A DNA stretch of 64,000 bases from Podarcis pityusensis (lineage: Eukaryota), in the NCBI GenBank assembly GCA_964106645.2, contig OZ067044.1. One strand, 5' to 3'. Under the pieces are notes generated by a model, which saw only the letters and a program-made list of their open reading frames with translations, was not told the origin of the DNA and did not search any database. This document shows, one piece after another, positions 38,801-52,559 of this stretch; position 1 is the stretch's first letter, and each line of letters begins with the position of its first letter. The translations under genes were made by a program, and so were the position numbers.

Positions 38801-41800
38801 AAACTTGGATGATGGGGGAGAATGGAGTAGAGCAGGAGTGGGGAGCTGTTGATCTACAGACCTAATTAGGCCTGGCAGACAATTTTATTTCTTTACTTTT
38901 ATTTCATAAAATTTATATACCGCTTGATTGTAAAAAACCTCAGTGGTTTAAAGTAATTTTGGGCAAACCAAACCCACATTTCTCTGTACCTGAGCTCATA
39001 TGTGAATGTACTTGAAGGGTGCAATTAATTAAAAAATAATATTCTTGAATGATTCCATACTTGATTAGTTTACATTTGCTAAAGGTTTTTGATAGCGTTC
39101 AATTTTTATGCACAGTGCTAAATGGGAGACAGTGACCCCCCAAAAAATAAACTAGTGATATTTGCAGAGCAAGAGCATTTGCATAAAATTTGCAAGCAAT
39201 ATAATCCATGTACCACTGTGGTTAAGAAATTCCTGGCAAATTCTTTTCTCTGCCTTTGTAAAGATGACTGCTAATGCAGTAGGAAAAAACTTTTTTTTTT
39301 TAAACTTTCAGATTTGACAGCTAGAATATTTGCTTCATTTGAAAAAGACAATGAAGACTGCAAGGTAACTTTTCTGCAGTATGATTGATGTAGACTTTAC
39401 AAAGAACTAATGTACTTTTTTTCTAGCAAAAAGTCTTAAGTAAATAATGTCTTCTGAAGCATCACTCTCCACATGCTTGACCACACTCTCAAAGAATCCA
39501 AAGCAGTAGTGAGGCAGGCTTTATCTTTGCAGAAGCCATGCTGTTGTTTCATTAGCAAGACTTCTTCTCTTTTATACTTTACCATTTTATCTTTAAAGCT
39601 TTACACCAATTTAACTGGAATAAACATTAAGTTAACTTGTCTGTAATTTCTTGAATCCCTTCTATTTTTTAAAACCTATGCGACTTAAACGTGGGATAAT
39701 ATAACATCATGTTCTGCTTTCCTTGGGGGCATTTGATGAACACTAGAGACTTTGATTGATCCAGCCAGTAAAAAGTGAAGTTATGGAGGAGACTCAACAA
39801 TAAGTACTTCAAATTCCTGTATTGACTTTGGTTTGTAGGCTATTTCATTAGAACATGGTCAGAAGAGGATAACAAATGAAATAGACAACAAGGCTAGGAT
39901 CGACTTTTCCAGATTTATAGAAAATGAACAACCACTGAGCTTTGCAAGCTTAGAAGGACATTCTACAGGTATTGCTTTAAAATTCGAATTGTTTGGTATA
40001 CTTCCAGTTTATTTTTGCTAAGGATGGCTCCACACTGCCAACAGCAAGCCAGATTATTTGTGCACTGGTGTTTCATGCGATGCATATGCTTCCTGCAGTG
40101 AACATGTGAAGTGCAGATAATATACAAATGTCCTTAAAACACCTGTGTGCATATATCTGGGGAACTGTGGAAGAATGCATGTGGTTCATACTTGATATCT
40201 GAACTAATGGCAAGCCGCTTTTTGCTGAATTAGAATATGAAATTGGAGATGAAGAGTTCTGTGATGGCCAACTGGAGACCTATTTTGAGCAGCTGGTACT
40301 ACCAGAAATGCAGATGGAAGATGTTGAAGAACATGAATTTGGAGAACATGTTAAAGCCATGGAACTGCCTTCAAATAGGAATAGGAAAACTGTAAGTGAA
40401 AATTCAGTTATTCTAGTATTGGGGGTTTGTAGGCACACTATGACATTGTTCAGTCTGCATGAACAACTTTGTAAAAGGTGGTTGGGGGGTAGATAATGTT
40501 GGTAACTTAAGGGAGCTAAAATGAGGCACAGTTCACTTGCCCCAAAGCTGCATCTCCTGCAGAGGATCCTAATAGCAATAATGCCCCATTTCCCTTTTCT
40601 TTCCTCACCTTCTACACAAGAGCTACAAAAGAATACAGAATGAGCAATAGATGGAGATAAGGCAGCACACAGAGACTAGACATTCTCCCTAATGTTGTGT
40701 ACTTGTGCTCGTACGCCCTTGTTGGTTGGTGAAAAGAAATGGTTCTGTTCAGACTTTCTGGGATCCTTCATAAGCACTACACTTGCGGTGCAAGTGGATC
40801 ATGCTCTAACAAAATACATAAATAATCTTCTGCCGTCGCTCAAGAGTTCTTGGGTACTTGAGCTTCACCTGCTCTGAGCGTGATGTGTAGCTAGCCAACC
40901 TCCCAATTTTGAAGCTGTAGCGGTGAGCAGGGCTCATCCTGACACATTGTATGATGTTCCTTGCAAAGCCACAGGCCTCCCCAACTCTAGAGCACATTGA
41001 AGGCATTTTGGCTGAAAACTAACACTTAAAATTCTTCAGGAAAAGTTCCAGATACCTAACGTTTGCCAGGCAGCAAGAACTGATTCTCCTGTTGCAAGCG
41101 ACGAAGAACTGTATGATTTTAAGGAAGCTGGGCAGAATGAGAAAGACGAGCAATTTATGTTGCCCATGACAGCAAGGCAAGAGGTGCGTCATAATTAAGC
41201 TTGGCTAAATTTCTAGAGAAGACACAAACCTTTAACCAATATAGTTTGGGGGTTGCTGAACATGGGTTGCTTATACTCGAATACATTTTAAGAATTTTTT
41301 TTCTTTAAATTGCAATGCATTTGCTTATCTTTTCTTTTTTCTTTGCAACAGGTAGAATGCAGTAAACCTAGTCTAAACTCCGGACACAGTGATAGTTCTG
41401 AAAGGTTTCCTGCTGAAATGGTAGTTTACACATCTGAAGTATGCAGTAGAACAACAGATTATCAACACGCTTCTTCAGATACCCTAGGTAGCAGCTCTGT
41501 TATTGATGGTGACATTTTAATGTACTGAATGTGCATATCAATTTGGTACAACTTAGTTTATTATGTGTCTCCTTAAAAGGCACAATGTTGTCATGACAAA
41601 TTTTAAGCATCTTTTAAAAAATGCATATTGAGTAAAAATGAATATAATGAGGAAAATACAGTATAGTAATGATGCCCAAAGTACTGTGGGAATAACATGT
41701 TGATGCCAAGATGTGTTACCTATTAAATGGTTTTTTCTATTACAACATTTCTTTCATTTCATTTAAAATCAATGCTAAATAACTGTATCACTGCAGGTTG

Positions 41801-44800
41801 TCATGACTGTAGTGAGGAAGATGGAATATCTGTAAAGACGAAAACAGTCAGCAGCAGCAGAAATGTAAGTAGAGGACTGAAAATCAGAATCCATGTATTC
41901 TGGCTCAAGATACTGAGTTTGACCTAATGTTGGGTATCTCCTAGCGTAGACCCATTGAAATAAATAATCTTAAGTAACTTGTTCATGGGTCTTCTCTGAG
42001 TAGGAGTTGGATATCACCAGTTTCTTTTAACAGGGGATCATCTCTTTTTTAAATAAACCAGACTTCTTTTTGAGCAAGTGTTGGGGATACTTTTTGTTTC
42101 TGTTTTTTAAGGAAAACATTCTGAGTAGTCTGAATTTCCAAAACTTCTCAAGAGTTTATGAATCAATCACACATGCAAATCCCTATTATTTTTTTCCAAC
42201 CAGTAGTCATCTGTCTCATGCCAAGACCTTGAGTAGACAACATTAACTTGTTCCTTTTGTCCCTTCCTCCTCTCCCCATCACCACAATGAGCACTATAGT
42301 TAACAGTACCTAGCTGATGATCCTATATGCAAGCTGGAGGGAGCTTTCCCGGTAAAATTGCCCAAATGGCATACACTACTTAACAGCAATAAACACTTTA
42401 AATTGCTTGCTAAAACCATACTCAATGAAAGTCCTTGAGCAATTATAGAAAACCTTACTACATGAGGTTATTTAAAATTGGTCTGGGAAAGTATCTCTTA
42501 ATTGACATTAAAAAGAAAATGAACATTTTTGTCCAATTAATAAAGTAACTCTCTCTCTTTCCTTTTGCTTTTTATAAAAGGATGCCACAAACGTAACCAA
42601 CTGTGAATTAAAGCTAGATTCTCTCTACTTTAAATGCATTGCTGACAGTAATGCTGCTTCTGAGATATGGCACACAGAACAGCAAACCCAATTTCCTGAT
42701 CTGTCGCAGCTTGCTAATGAAAATTATGTTCCTCTGGCTGATGCATACCTGTCGCCAAGTGCTTACAAAGGTTCAGAGCAATATGAATGTACAGCAGAAG
42801 GTTAGTTAAATGCTAGCTCCTGTGTGCTTTCAGCTTCTAGATTGATTTTGAGATGTTGCTGAGTTGGTGGGTGGCTGCTGTGAATGCTTTTGTGTTATGC
42901 CTGATGTAAACAGCACATGGCCTTACTGATGAAATACTGTAGCTTACTTGAAAATGAGAGTGGAACAAAAGTAGCTTTTGAATATCCCGGTTCAGTTTTG
43001 ATTTAACCACTAAGTTAAAGCATGCATGTATTGCTTATTGTTGTTGTTTTGTTAAATCAACTCATTGTTAGCTTTCCTTTCCTTCTCCTTTCCTTCCCCC
43101 AATTGTCAAAGTCTAGGTAGTAACATCCTTTGGATAGGAACCTTATTTGTGCTATATTGTAATGTACTCATTCATGTACATGTGTGTCATGACTGAAAGT
43201 GGAGGAAGCTAAAGACAATATGTGATTCCTTTTTTTAGAGGACCCACCCCATGATGTTGTGTATCAAAATGAAGATGGTAGATGGGTGACAGATCTTGCT
43301 TACTACACGTCATTTAATAAAGAAGAAGTATCCAATTTCTCAAACTTAAGTGGAGACTTCGTAGCTGGATGTAAGCCTTACTATACCTTTAAATCTTTGG
43401 AAATGTCTTGATTGCATTTCACTTCCTAAACTTAAAAGAACAGACACCTACATTTACAAAATATGTCAGTATCAGAAGGAGTTTTGTCGGAGCTCCCTTG
43501 ATTTCTCGAGATTATTTTTTTTACTTTGGTTTTAAATTACCCCTTTCCACAAAGATAAGTAGGAAACATAGCAGGGGTCTTGCAAAGCTTTCCTTCGACC
43601 TGGCTTGAGTAAGTTTGTACTACAAGATTAATTATATGTTAGGACATGGGTCACCAAGATTCTCCACATATTTGTAGGTAATGTAATGCAGATGCCAATT
43701 GGATGACAGTGAAACAAAAATACTTCTTTGGGTAACTGAAACTTCAGTGTTAAAGCAATTGACAATTAATAGCATAAGTAACCTGACTTCTTTAAACTTA
43801 GGATATTAGTTGTGATAGACTTCAATTGTAGTATTACTTACAAAACTGCTGAAATTAAATAATGGTAGAGGAAAAGGGCTGGCATGGCTTTCAGATTTCC
43901 TAGCTGATAGCTCTGCTCCTTACAAAGACAGCAGCACAGAATACCAGGGCTTCAGATGATACAAAAGCTTGTTTTTATTCAAAGTGGTTCTCCTTGAATG
44001 GTAAATATCTGTCTTTTCTTACAGTTGGTATTACCATAATATCATAAAACCACACAAAACTTTTAAATTTTATTTATTTATTTGGATTTATATACTGGTG
44101 ACATTTTTAGGAATAAATCTCTTTAAGTAGCTACAAGTATCATGAAATTACAAATAGAAATCAGAAAATAATAACTAAATTATTTTTAAAAATCCATCAA
44201 TTAAAAACATCACAGCCAGTAGCTGAACAGAATAACCACCTTAAACATCTCAAGAAGCCTGAGTAAGCAGATATGCTTTTAGCCGACTTAAAACATTCAG
44301 CTGATGGAGCTAAACAAATTGCATATTAACATTACATGACCTTACAGGAAACTAAGCTCAGTACATAAAATATGCCTAATTTTTAATGTAATTTTTACTT
44401 CACGATTACTTTACCTTTCACTCATTCATCCATTCTGCCTAGGGAATGTGGGATATGCTAAGAGGTTAATTGTTTCCCTTTCTTCCTCTTACTCTTTGAA
44501 AAGCTGAAGCAATTGCTGTGATTGACCAAGATCAAGAAGAATTTGAAAGGGAACACAGATTTATTCAGGTAGGAAACATCGTAAAGAGGCTATTCTGATC
44601 CTTTTGTCTATAGGTAATGATAATTCTTGACGTTTTTGTTTGCTACATTTTCAGGAAGAGAAAATGGAACTGCAAAATACCTCTGGATTAGAGGACTTTT
44701 CATGGAAATGTGTTAATAACGGCAACCCACTAAGAGGTTCACAAACTGACTTTAGCAAAGATGCTAGTTACCTACGGCTCTCTTTAGGAGAGTTCTTTGG

Positions 44801-47800
44801 TCAGAGGTCTGAGGCTCTTGGTTGTCTCGGAGGAGGAGGTGATGTGAAACGGGTACGTAGCCGTCTTGTCCACATACTTTTACCACTATATGTACATACT
44901 TGGTTTTTGACAAGATTCCTCTCAGACTACAAAATAGAAATAAGTAAATGAGCAGGCTCATCGCTGAGTAATAGAGCATATGCTTTGCATACAGAAAATG
45001 CAGGTTTAGTGCCTTCCAAATTCATTAAAATATCTCTGATAGAAGGACTGAAAGATATATATGCCTGAGACCCCGGAGAACTACTGCATTTTATGTAGCC
45101 CATTACTGACTTGTCCATGAGGTAGTCTCATGTGCCTGTAAACACCTGTTGAGTTATTTTCTACAATGGACTGTGAAACATGGGCAAAGAAGCAAATATT
45201 TGAAGGCAAGTTTGACATCTTCCAGAGCTAGACGCTGTGTTGGCCAGCTTCTATTACTACATGTTTCTCAAAGCATTTATCACGAACGTTATTTCCTCTT
45301 ACAGCCATCTTTTGGTTATCACATTACTTCACCGGAAAAGAGACAACCTCTTCCTTTGTGGAGGCAATCAGATGTATCTAGAACAAACACTGATGAACAG
45401 AATTCTCAGACGTCTACTCTTCAAGGTAATTTCTTGTAAACCTAATAATTTCCCGTAAACCTAAGAATTCTGTGCAAGTAGCTGTTTTATCAGGTGAAGC
45501 CAACCTAGTGGCCTCCAAAGATTGTGAACTACAGTGGTGCCCCGCAAGACAAATGCATCGCAAGACGAAAAACCCGCTAGACGAAAGGGTTTTCCGTTTT
45601 TCGATGCGCTTCGCAAGACGAATTTCCCTATGGGCTTGCTTCACAAGACGAAAACGTCTTGCGAGTCTTGCGATTTTTTTCGCTTTCCCCCCCCCCTTTT
45701 TCTAAGCCGCTAATAGCCTTTTAGCCGCTAAGCCTTTAATAGCCGCTAAACCGCTAATAGCGCTAAGCCGCTAATAGGGTTGCTTCGCAAGACGAAAAAA
45801 CCACTAGACGAAGAGACTCGCAGAACGGATTATTTTCGTCTTGCGAGGCACCACTGTACAGTTTCTCATACTTCCCACTAGCATGGCTAATGGACTGTTC
45901 ACAACACCTGAAGGGCATCACGCTGGCCACGCATGATGTTAGCCAATTGTTCACTTCATTTCCAAAATCTGCTTATGTATTGGGCCAAGTCTGATTAACA
46001 CTATATCATACAGTTGCAAACTATGCTGCTAGCCTGCTAACAGAGTGTAAGTGAGGGCAAGAAAATGGGGTCTGTGTTTTATATTGAGCATATTCCAGAA
46101 TGGCATTAGAGGACTGCTCTGCCCCCGGCAACTATGCTGCAGGGTTTCGTGCTGTTTCATATTAAGGTAAGGAGCAGCTCATATTTTTCATGCAGAGGGC
46201 AGGATTGACTCATGGCCAACCCCTCCAGGGGCAACATGTCAAAGTGGGCATGGCTGAAGTCTAAAAGTGAGGATAGCTAATTTTAAATTTCTTTAAAAAA
46301 AAAAAGACACAGAGGTATCGCAAAAAGCTTTTGGTATCGTAACACTGGGGGTGCATAGGAACTTTTAAAAGTCATTTTGGGCTGTGGGTCAAAAACCCTG
46401 TTGGGGCTATATGCAGGCCAAGAGGTTTTTTTAACGGATTTTAAAATTTTGGTTTTAGTGCTTTATTATGTGTGGTATTTAATGGTACAGATATGTAAAT
46501 CACCCCGGAATCTTTTCATGAAGGATGGCTTAGAAATCATAGGTTTCCTTATGCAGCTTAGTATTATCCTCACACACTGTGCTTGGTATGAAAATAAGCA
46601 GTTAGAGTACAGATAGAATTAAATTGCTTTTGCATAGGATTTTTGTTATTCCAAATAGATCTTAGATGTGTGCTTAATTACATTTGTGTGGTGTTTACAC
46701 TTAAAATGGTCATGTTCGGACAATCATTCATAGTGTCATGAAACACATTTCTCTCCCCTTTTCACATTGGCCAATGACTTGGATCTCCTGCCTTGCATTA
46801 ATCCAGAATTCCCCATTGCATCCAAGCCAGGGAACTCTATGTTAATGTGAGTTAACAAATCAGGTTAATATCTGTGCCAAAGCAAGTATACAACAGAAAG
46901 AGGTGGAACAGCAGCATGAAAACATGGATAATGATCTGAATATGGCTAGGCGCAGCATTAACCTTTGCAATTTGTTCTTTGCAATATACATTTCTTTTAT
47001 TGGCTTATTGTAAGCAGTATTCTAGCGAACACAAGGTAACTTTTATTGTCTTAGGGGATGTAGAAGAAAGCATTAAGGAAGACTCCCACATTGCATCTGC
47101 TACATTTACCCTTTGTGAAATGAGTGCAAAAGACACAGAGAGAGGAAGGGTAAGTAGGCATCAAAAGCAAAATAGATATCTGTTAAAAAGTATTTCATTT
47201 CTTCTAAGAATTCTGAAACAAATATTTCAGTGTGTCTAACATACCATATTTTTCCATGTATAAGATGCCCCCATGTATAAGACGACCCCTATTTTTTTTA
47301 ACTCAAGATTAAGAAGTTAAGTTGTTTAGCTTTTTGGGGGGTGGTGAAGATCACTTCCACCAATCACTTACTCACCTGCCCACCACTGCCGATTGCTTGC
47401 CACAGCCATTGCTGATCACACACCCCGCCCCAGCTACCAATTGTCTGCCCGCTTGCTGCCACCAACAGCCCACCCACGTACTTGCCGCAGCCGCCAGTCG
47501 CCTGCCCGCCTCACCACAGCGCCAATCGCCTGCCCAATTGCTGCAGCTGCAGCCAATCGCTGCTGCCAATCTCCTGCTTTCTGCTGCCATTAACCACATG
47601 TCCCCCCTCTATATTCACTATTTGTGTATAAGACAACACCCAATTTTTGCCTTATTTTTTTTTAGCAAAAAGCATTGTCTTATACATGGAAAAATATGGT
47701 ACAGTTAAACCTGAAGCTGGAAGTTAAAACACTGTCTCATGAGTGGAAAACCTGGTCAGTTTTTCTGAATAAATTGTCTGAGTAGCAGAACTACTTCTGG

Positions 47801-50800
47801 ATCAGACCAAAGGTCTGTCTAGTCCCACATTCTATTCTCAGTAGCCAGCCAAAATGACAATGGGAAGCCCACAAGCAGGACATGAGTGCGATGATGCAGT
47901 TCCCGTTTAAAATGCTCAATAACTGGTATTCAGAACTATACTGCCTCTGATATTGGAGGCAATATAACCATTATGACACATGAGTTCAGCTTTGCTACGG
48001 GATGTTAAAAATGTCAACTTTTCATTTTTCCAACTTCTAGGAGAAATGTGAAGACAGAAAAGTTGAATGTAAGCAGCATGAGCCATCTATATTAAGTATA
48101 AGCACAATTGCATATGCTATTGCAAATGCTTCTGTTAGTACTGATCCAGCACAACTCGCTTCTTTGATGACGAAAGCCTCAAATAAAAATAGAGAAGTAA
48201 CTAGCATCCCTGGAGGTGTCAAACTCACAGACTTTTCTGCCGCAAGTCAGTCATATGTCAACAATGTAGAAAATAGCACATTTGACATAGAGAAATATCT
48301 CAGAAAAACTGATGAAGTTGTGAATGACGGTGAATCCGAAAGCGTAATTAAAGATGAAGCAACTGCCAGGGACTTGCGTACAGTTTTGTACAAACAGGAA
48401 TATGAAATGCCTTCTCCAAGAGACTTGTCCAAAAGTAATTTGTCTATCAGGCATGGAGAAGAGAAGCTTAATCTAAGCATAATACATGAGGAAAACAGTT
48501 ACAGAGACTCATCTTGTAAAACAAGTTTTGAGAAAAAGGAAATGGAATGTTTAAAAGCAGCATCTAACATAGGTGAAGACTTTCTTCCAAAAAGCCTGAC
48601 TTCTTCTGTACCAGATTCAGAAAAGAGACCATCAGAAACTACCACCATATCTTTGGAGGATAGTGAAAAAACACTTCCCAGTAAGTCTTTAACATGTCTT
48701 ATAAACTGTTCGGTAGCTGTGCAATTTTAAAAAGAACATTTACAACTGACATTCACAAAATGGCAATTATTTCAATGCAGCTTAATGAAAACTTTGGGTC
48801 AGTATGGCTTGTAATGAGAGAAATGCTCTTTTGCAGTGGAATAGATCTTTTGACCACACACATAACCCTTTGCACCGCTCTTCATATAGGCCTGCAAACA
48901 ATTCAGGAAATCTGCACTGTGGTTTCTTATTTTTGTTTGCGTTGGGCAGCTGTGCTTAATAGTTTCAGAACAAATCAGGATACAAATCCAACTTCCAGCC
49001 ATGCCATAATACCCTGGTGTGTTTGAAAGCTGCTAACCATAATTTTCCAGTTTAGATGAAATGCAAACTCTAATTAATGGAAGAGTTTGTGGTTTGTTTG
49101 TTTGCTGGCTTGCATGAAGGTACTGCATGTGCAGCCAGAAAGCTCACGTATCAGCTTTTGATGCCCATATGTGTTTATCTAAATTATTTCTTTTGTATAC
49201 AACAAGGTTCCCAAACTCTGGTCTGTGAGCAGCATTCAGGTGGTCTACAGTGTGTCTGCATTCACACATATTACATTGTTTTATGTTGCATTATGGTTTG
49301 AATGCTATGGGATGCAAATTATGGTACAATAAAATACAATATAAGCAATTAAAGATGCAATAAGAATACAATTAACATTCATACAGCTTCTATCACAGTG
49401 TGTTGTAAATGCTACAATAGGCAGAAAAATAATTATGTGGTCTGCCAAGATCATAAGTAATTTCCATTGGTCTGTGTGGGTGGATGTTTGCAACGCATTT
49501 ATAAGAGTGGAAAACCCTGCATCTCTGGTATAAAGTAAAAAATGTATAATTGGATTGTGAACACTTTTTTCTTGATCCAGCTTACTCTGAATCAGAAGGA
49601 AGAACCAGCAAGAACACTCTGCCCCTCAGTTTAAAATCTGTTCCAATATTGCTTTCCCCTCTTCCTGTACACCCTAATAAGGAAAAAACTATATCCAATA
49701 TTAAATACCAAGAGAAACAAGATGAGAAGAAAATGGAAGAGAATGCTGCCTGCAACAATGAAAAACATACAGCTTTTGAAAATATATCTGCTGATAACCA
49801 GAAAGATGTTGGTGAGTAGAGTATATATTGATTTCTGCCAAAGCCTGCTTTGAAAGTAAGCTGAAATAGTTTGTTATTTATAGGTTTATGAAGTTTATTC
49901 TTCATTCCTGTGCTTTATAACTGCTCTCATCTACTTCTGGAGGCTGTTTCTTGGCCTCCATTGAAGGAGAGCTGCTTTCCTCTGAGGCATGGTTGCTTTT
50001 ACAGAACATTATTTCTTCCTTAGTTTTAGTTTAGTTAGGTGGGCTTGGTTTTGGGCTTCTGGGCAGAGAACCCTAGTCTTCAGAACAAAGCAAGAAGAGG
50101 TATTATGTCTCCAAATTGTTCGCAGGAATCTAGGTCACTTGTCCTTTTTCTAGGCCTGTAACCAGGTACTAAGGGCACCCAGTTGACATTACTTGGATTT
50201 CTGAAATGATCTCACTTATTCTAACAGACCAGGACCGAGTTCAACATTATGTTGGCTTGCCCCAAAATTTTGTTAAGATCTATACCCCCTGGATTTAAAT
50301 GGAATTGTAAAGGACAAAAGGAGCACACTTCTCCCCATCAACTCTCACATTGCTTGATAGCAAGATTTGAAACCATAATTTTTCCCAATTTATTGTAGTG
50401 TTTGCATGTGATTTTCAGCAGAAGCAATTTCAATCTGGACTAAAATGTGGCAAAATACAGGTGTCTTAAGCATCTTACTGAGTCGCTCTCTAACATGTTC
50501 AAGCTCTGCAGAAATCTCACCCAAATATTCACTGGCCCTTATTACTTAGAGTTGCAGCCACTCTGAAAGTGGGAGTACTAGCCTCCGCTCCTCCACATGC
50601 AGCTGCTGGGTGACCTTGGGACAGTCACACTTCTTTGAAGTCTCTCAGCCCCACTCACCTCACAGAGTGTTTGTTGTGGGGGAGGAAGGGAAAAGGAGAA
50701 TGTTAGCCGCTTTGAGACTCCTTCAGGTAGTGATAAAGCAGGATATCAAATCCAAACTCCTCTTCTTCTTCTTCTTCATGGGTATTCTGTATGACTTTAT

Positions 50801-52512
50801 TCTTTTCACCTAGTTCTCATAACTTGTGGCTCATGGAGCATCAATCTAATAATGGTCATGCAGTAAAGTGGCCATGGTAGCCTTTGGTGCATAGCTGTTT
50901 TCAAGCAGCCATGGATTGATTCACACAGGATATTTTGTCCCTCTGAGTAAGACTCTCTAAGTATTGTGGTTAATAACGTGTTCTTTTGATAACTAAGTCA
51001 AAGCAGAAGGGTATCAGCGTGACTAGCTTCAGGGCTAGACCTTCCATTTATAAACATTCTCATTTCCTGCAGTTTTTGACAGATTCATTGAATTGGGTTG
51101 TCCAGAATCAGGTAAGGGTATTTCAGGCATGGCCAGAAAACTCTACCAATTTCCCCTGGGATAAGGAAGTGATTGTTTCAGAGAAAGGGGACAGATTTTG
51201 AGCTGGCCACAACTTGGTTTATTAGTAGCCAAGACGCCTCTGCTATGTATTTCTCCCGTTTGCCATTGTTTTGAAAGCAATGCCTGGAAAGAATCCCAAT
51301 GATTTTGGTTGCCACATACTATAATTTATATAATAATAATAATTTATTATTTATACCGCCCATCTGGCTGCGTCTCCCCAACCACTCTGGGCGGCGGCCA
51401 ATCGAGTGTTAAAAACAATACAGCATTAAATATTAAAAACTTCCCTAAACAGGGCTAATAATAATAATTTCTTATTTATTCTAAATAAATAATTTATTAT
51501 TGATTATACAGTCTGCCCTTTCTACTGGCACTTGAAAGGAGGCAAGCTTCAGCAACCGCTTCACTGTTGAAGAAATGCCCATCTGAAGAATTTGAGCACA
51601 ATTGCTAAATATATCTTTATGGGATGTCATCTCATGACAAACATGGGACATAAACTGCCATAGTTCTTTCTGATCATTAAGAGGTTGGCATCTGGGCTGA
51701 CACCTGCATTTTATGTATAGTAAAAAGGTGGGGCTGTGCACAGTCAGAATGCTACATCTCAAGGATATCCTTCTATCATATACTTCACTGTTTTACCATT
51801 TTTATGTCTAGGTATTTCATAGCTAAATATGAAATCCCTAAACGTAGGCTTTGCAAATTTCCGTTGAGAAGTACTGCCTCCTGAGGTGGATAGTCACTGA
51901 TAATCTGAAGTCATTCTTTCCATTGCTAGGAGGATTAATTTCAACATCTCCTTTTTAAAATATTCAGGTAATGCTGTTGTAGTAACAGAACAGACACCTA
52001 CAACTCCTATGCCTTGTATACAGATTTCAGATGATGAACAATACAGTTTCAGACCTTCAACGTCTCCACTTATTCATTCATCTCCAAATGAAGCTACTGG
52101 AACTGCTCTTTTAGGGTAACTATTGTGTGGGAACATGAAAAGGCCAAACGTGGGTGGGAGTTAGTAGTTGAATACGGTTAGATGGTTAGATTGCATGGTC
52201 TGAGCCATACAATCCACTGTACTGGCACAGCTCCCTCAGGTCACAGTCGGTCTTCCCCATCACCTGACAGCCCTTTTTAAAATGAGATTCCTGGGATTTC
52301 CTTTGTGCAAAGCATGCTCTCTGTCTTTGAGAGATAATCTCTCAGTTGAATATGCAAATTAACTAATCATTGGCAAATATTACTTTTGACCTCTGTACAT
52401 GAGGCCCTAATTTTTAAACACTCTTCAATCAATATAAACCTCTTCAAGACAGTTGTCATAATATAAAATGGCAGTCAATTTTACATATTTAAGTGTGAAC
52501 TAGAAATGAGGA

Positions 52513-52559
<47 letters not shown>

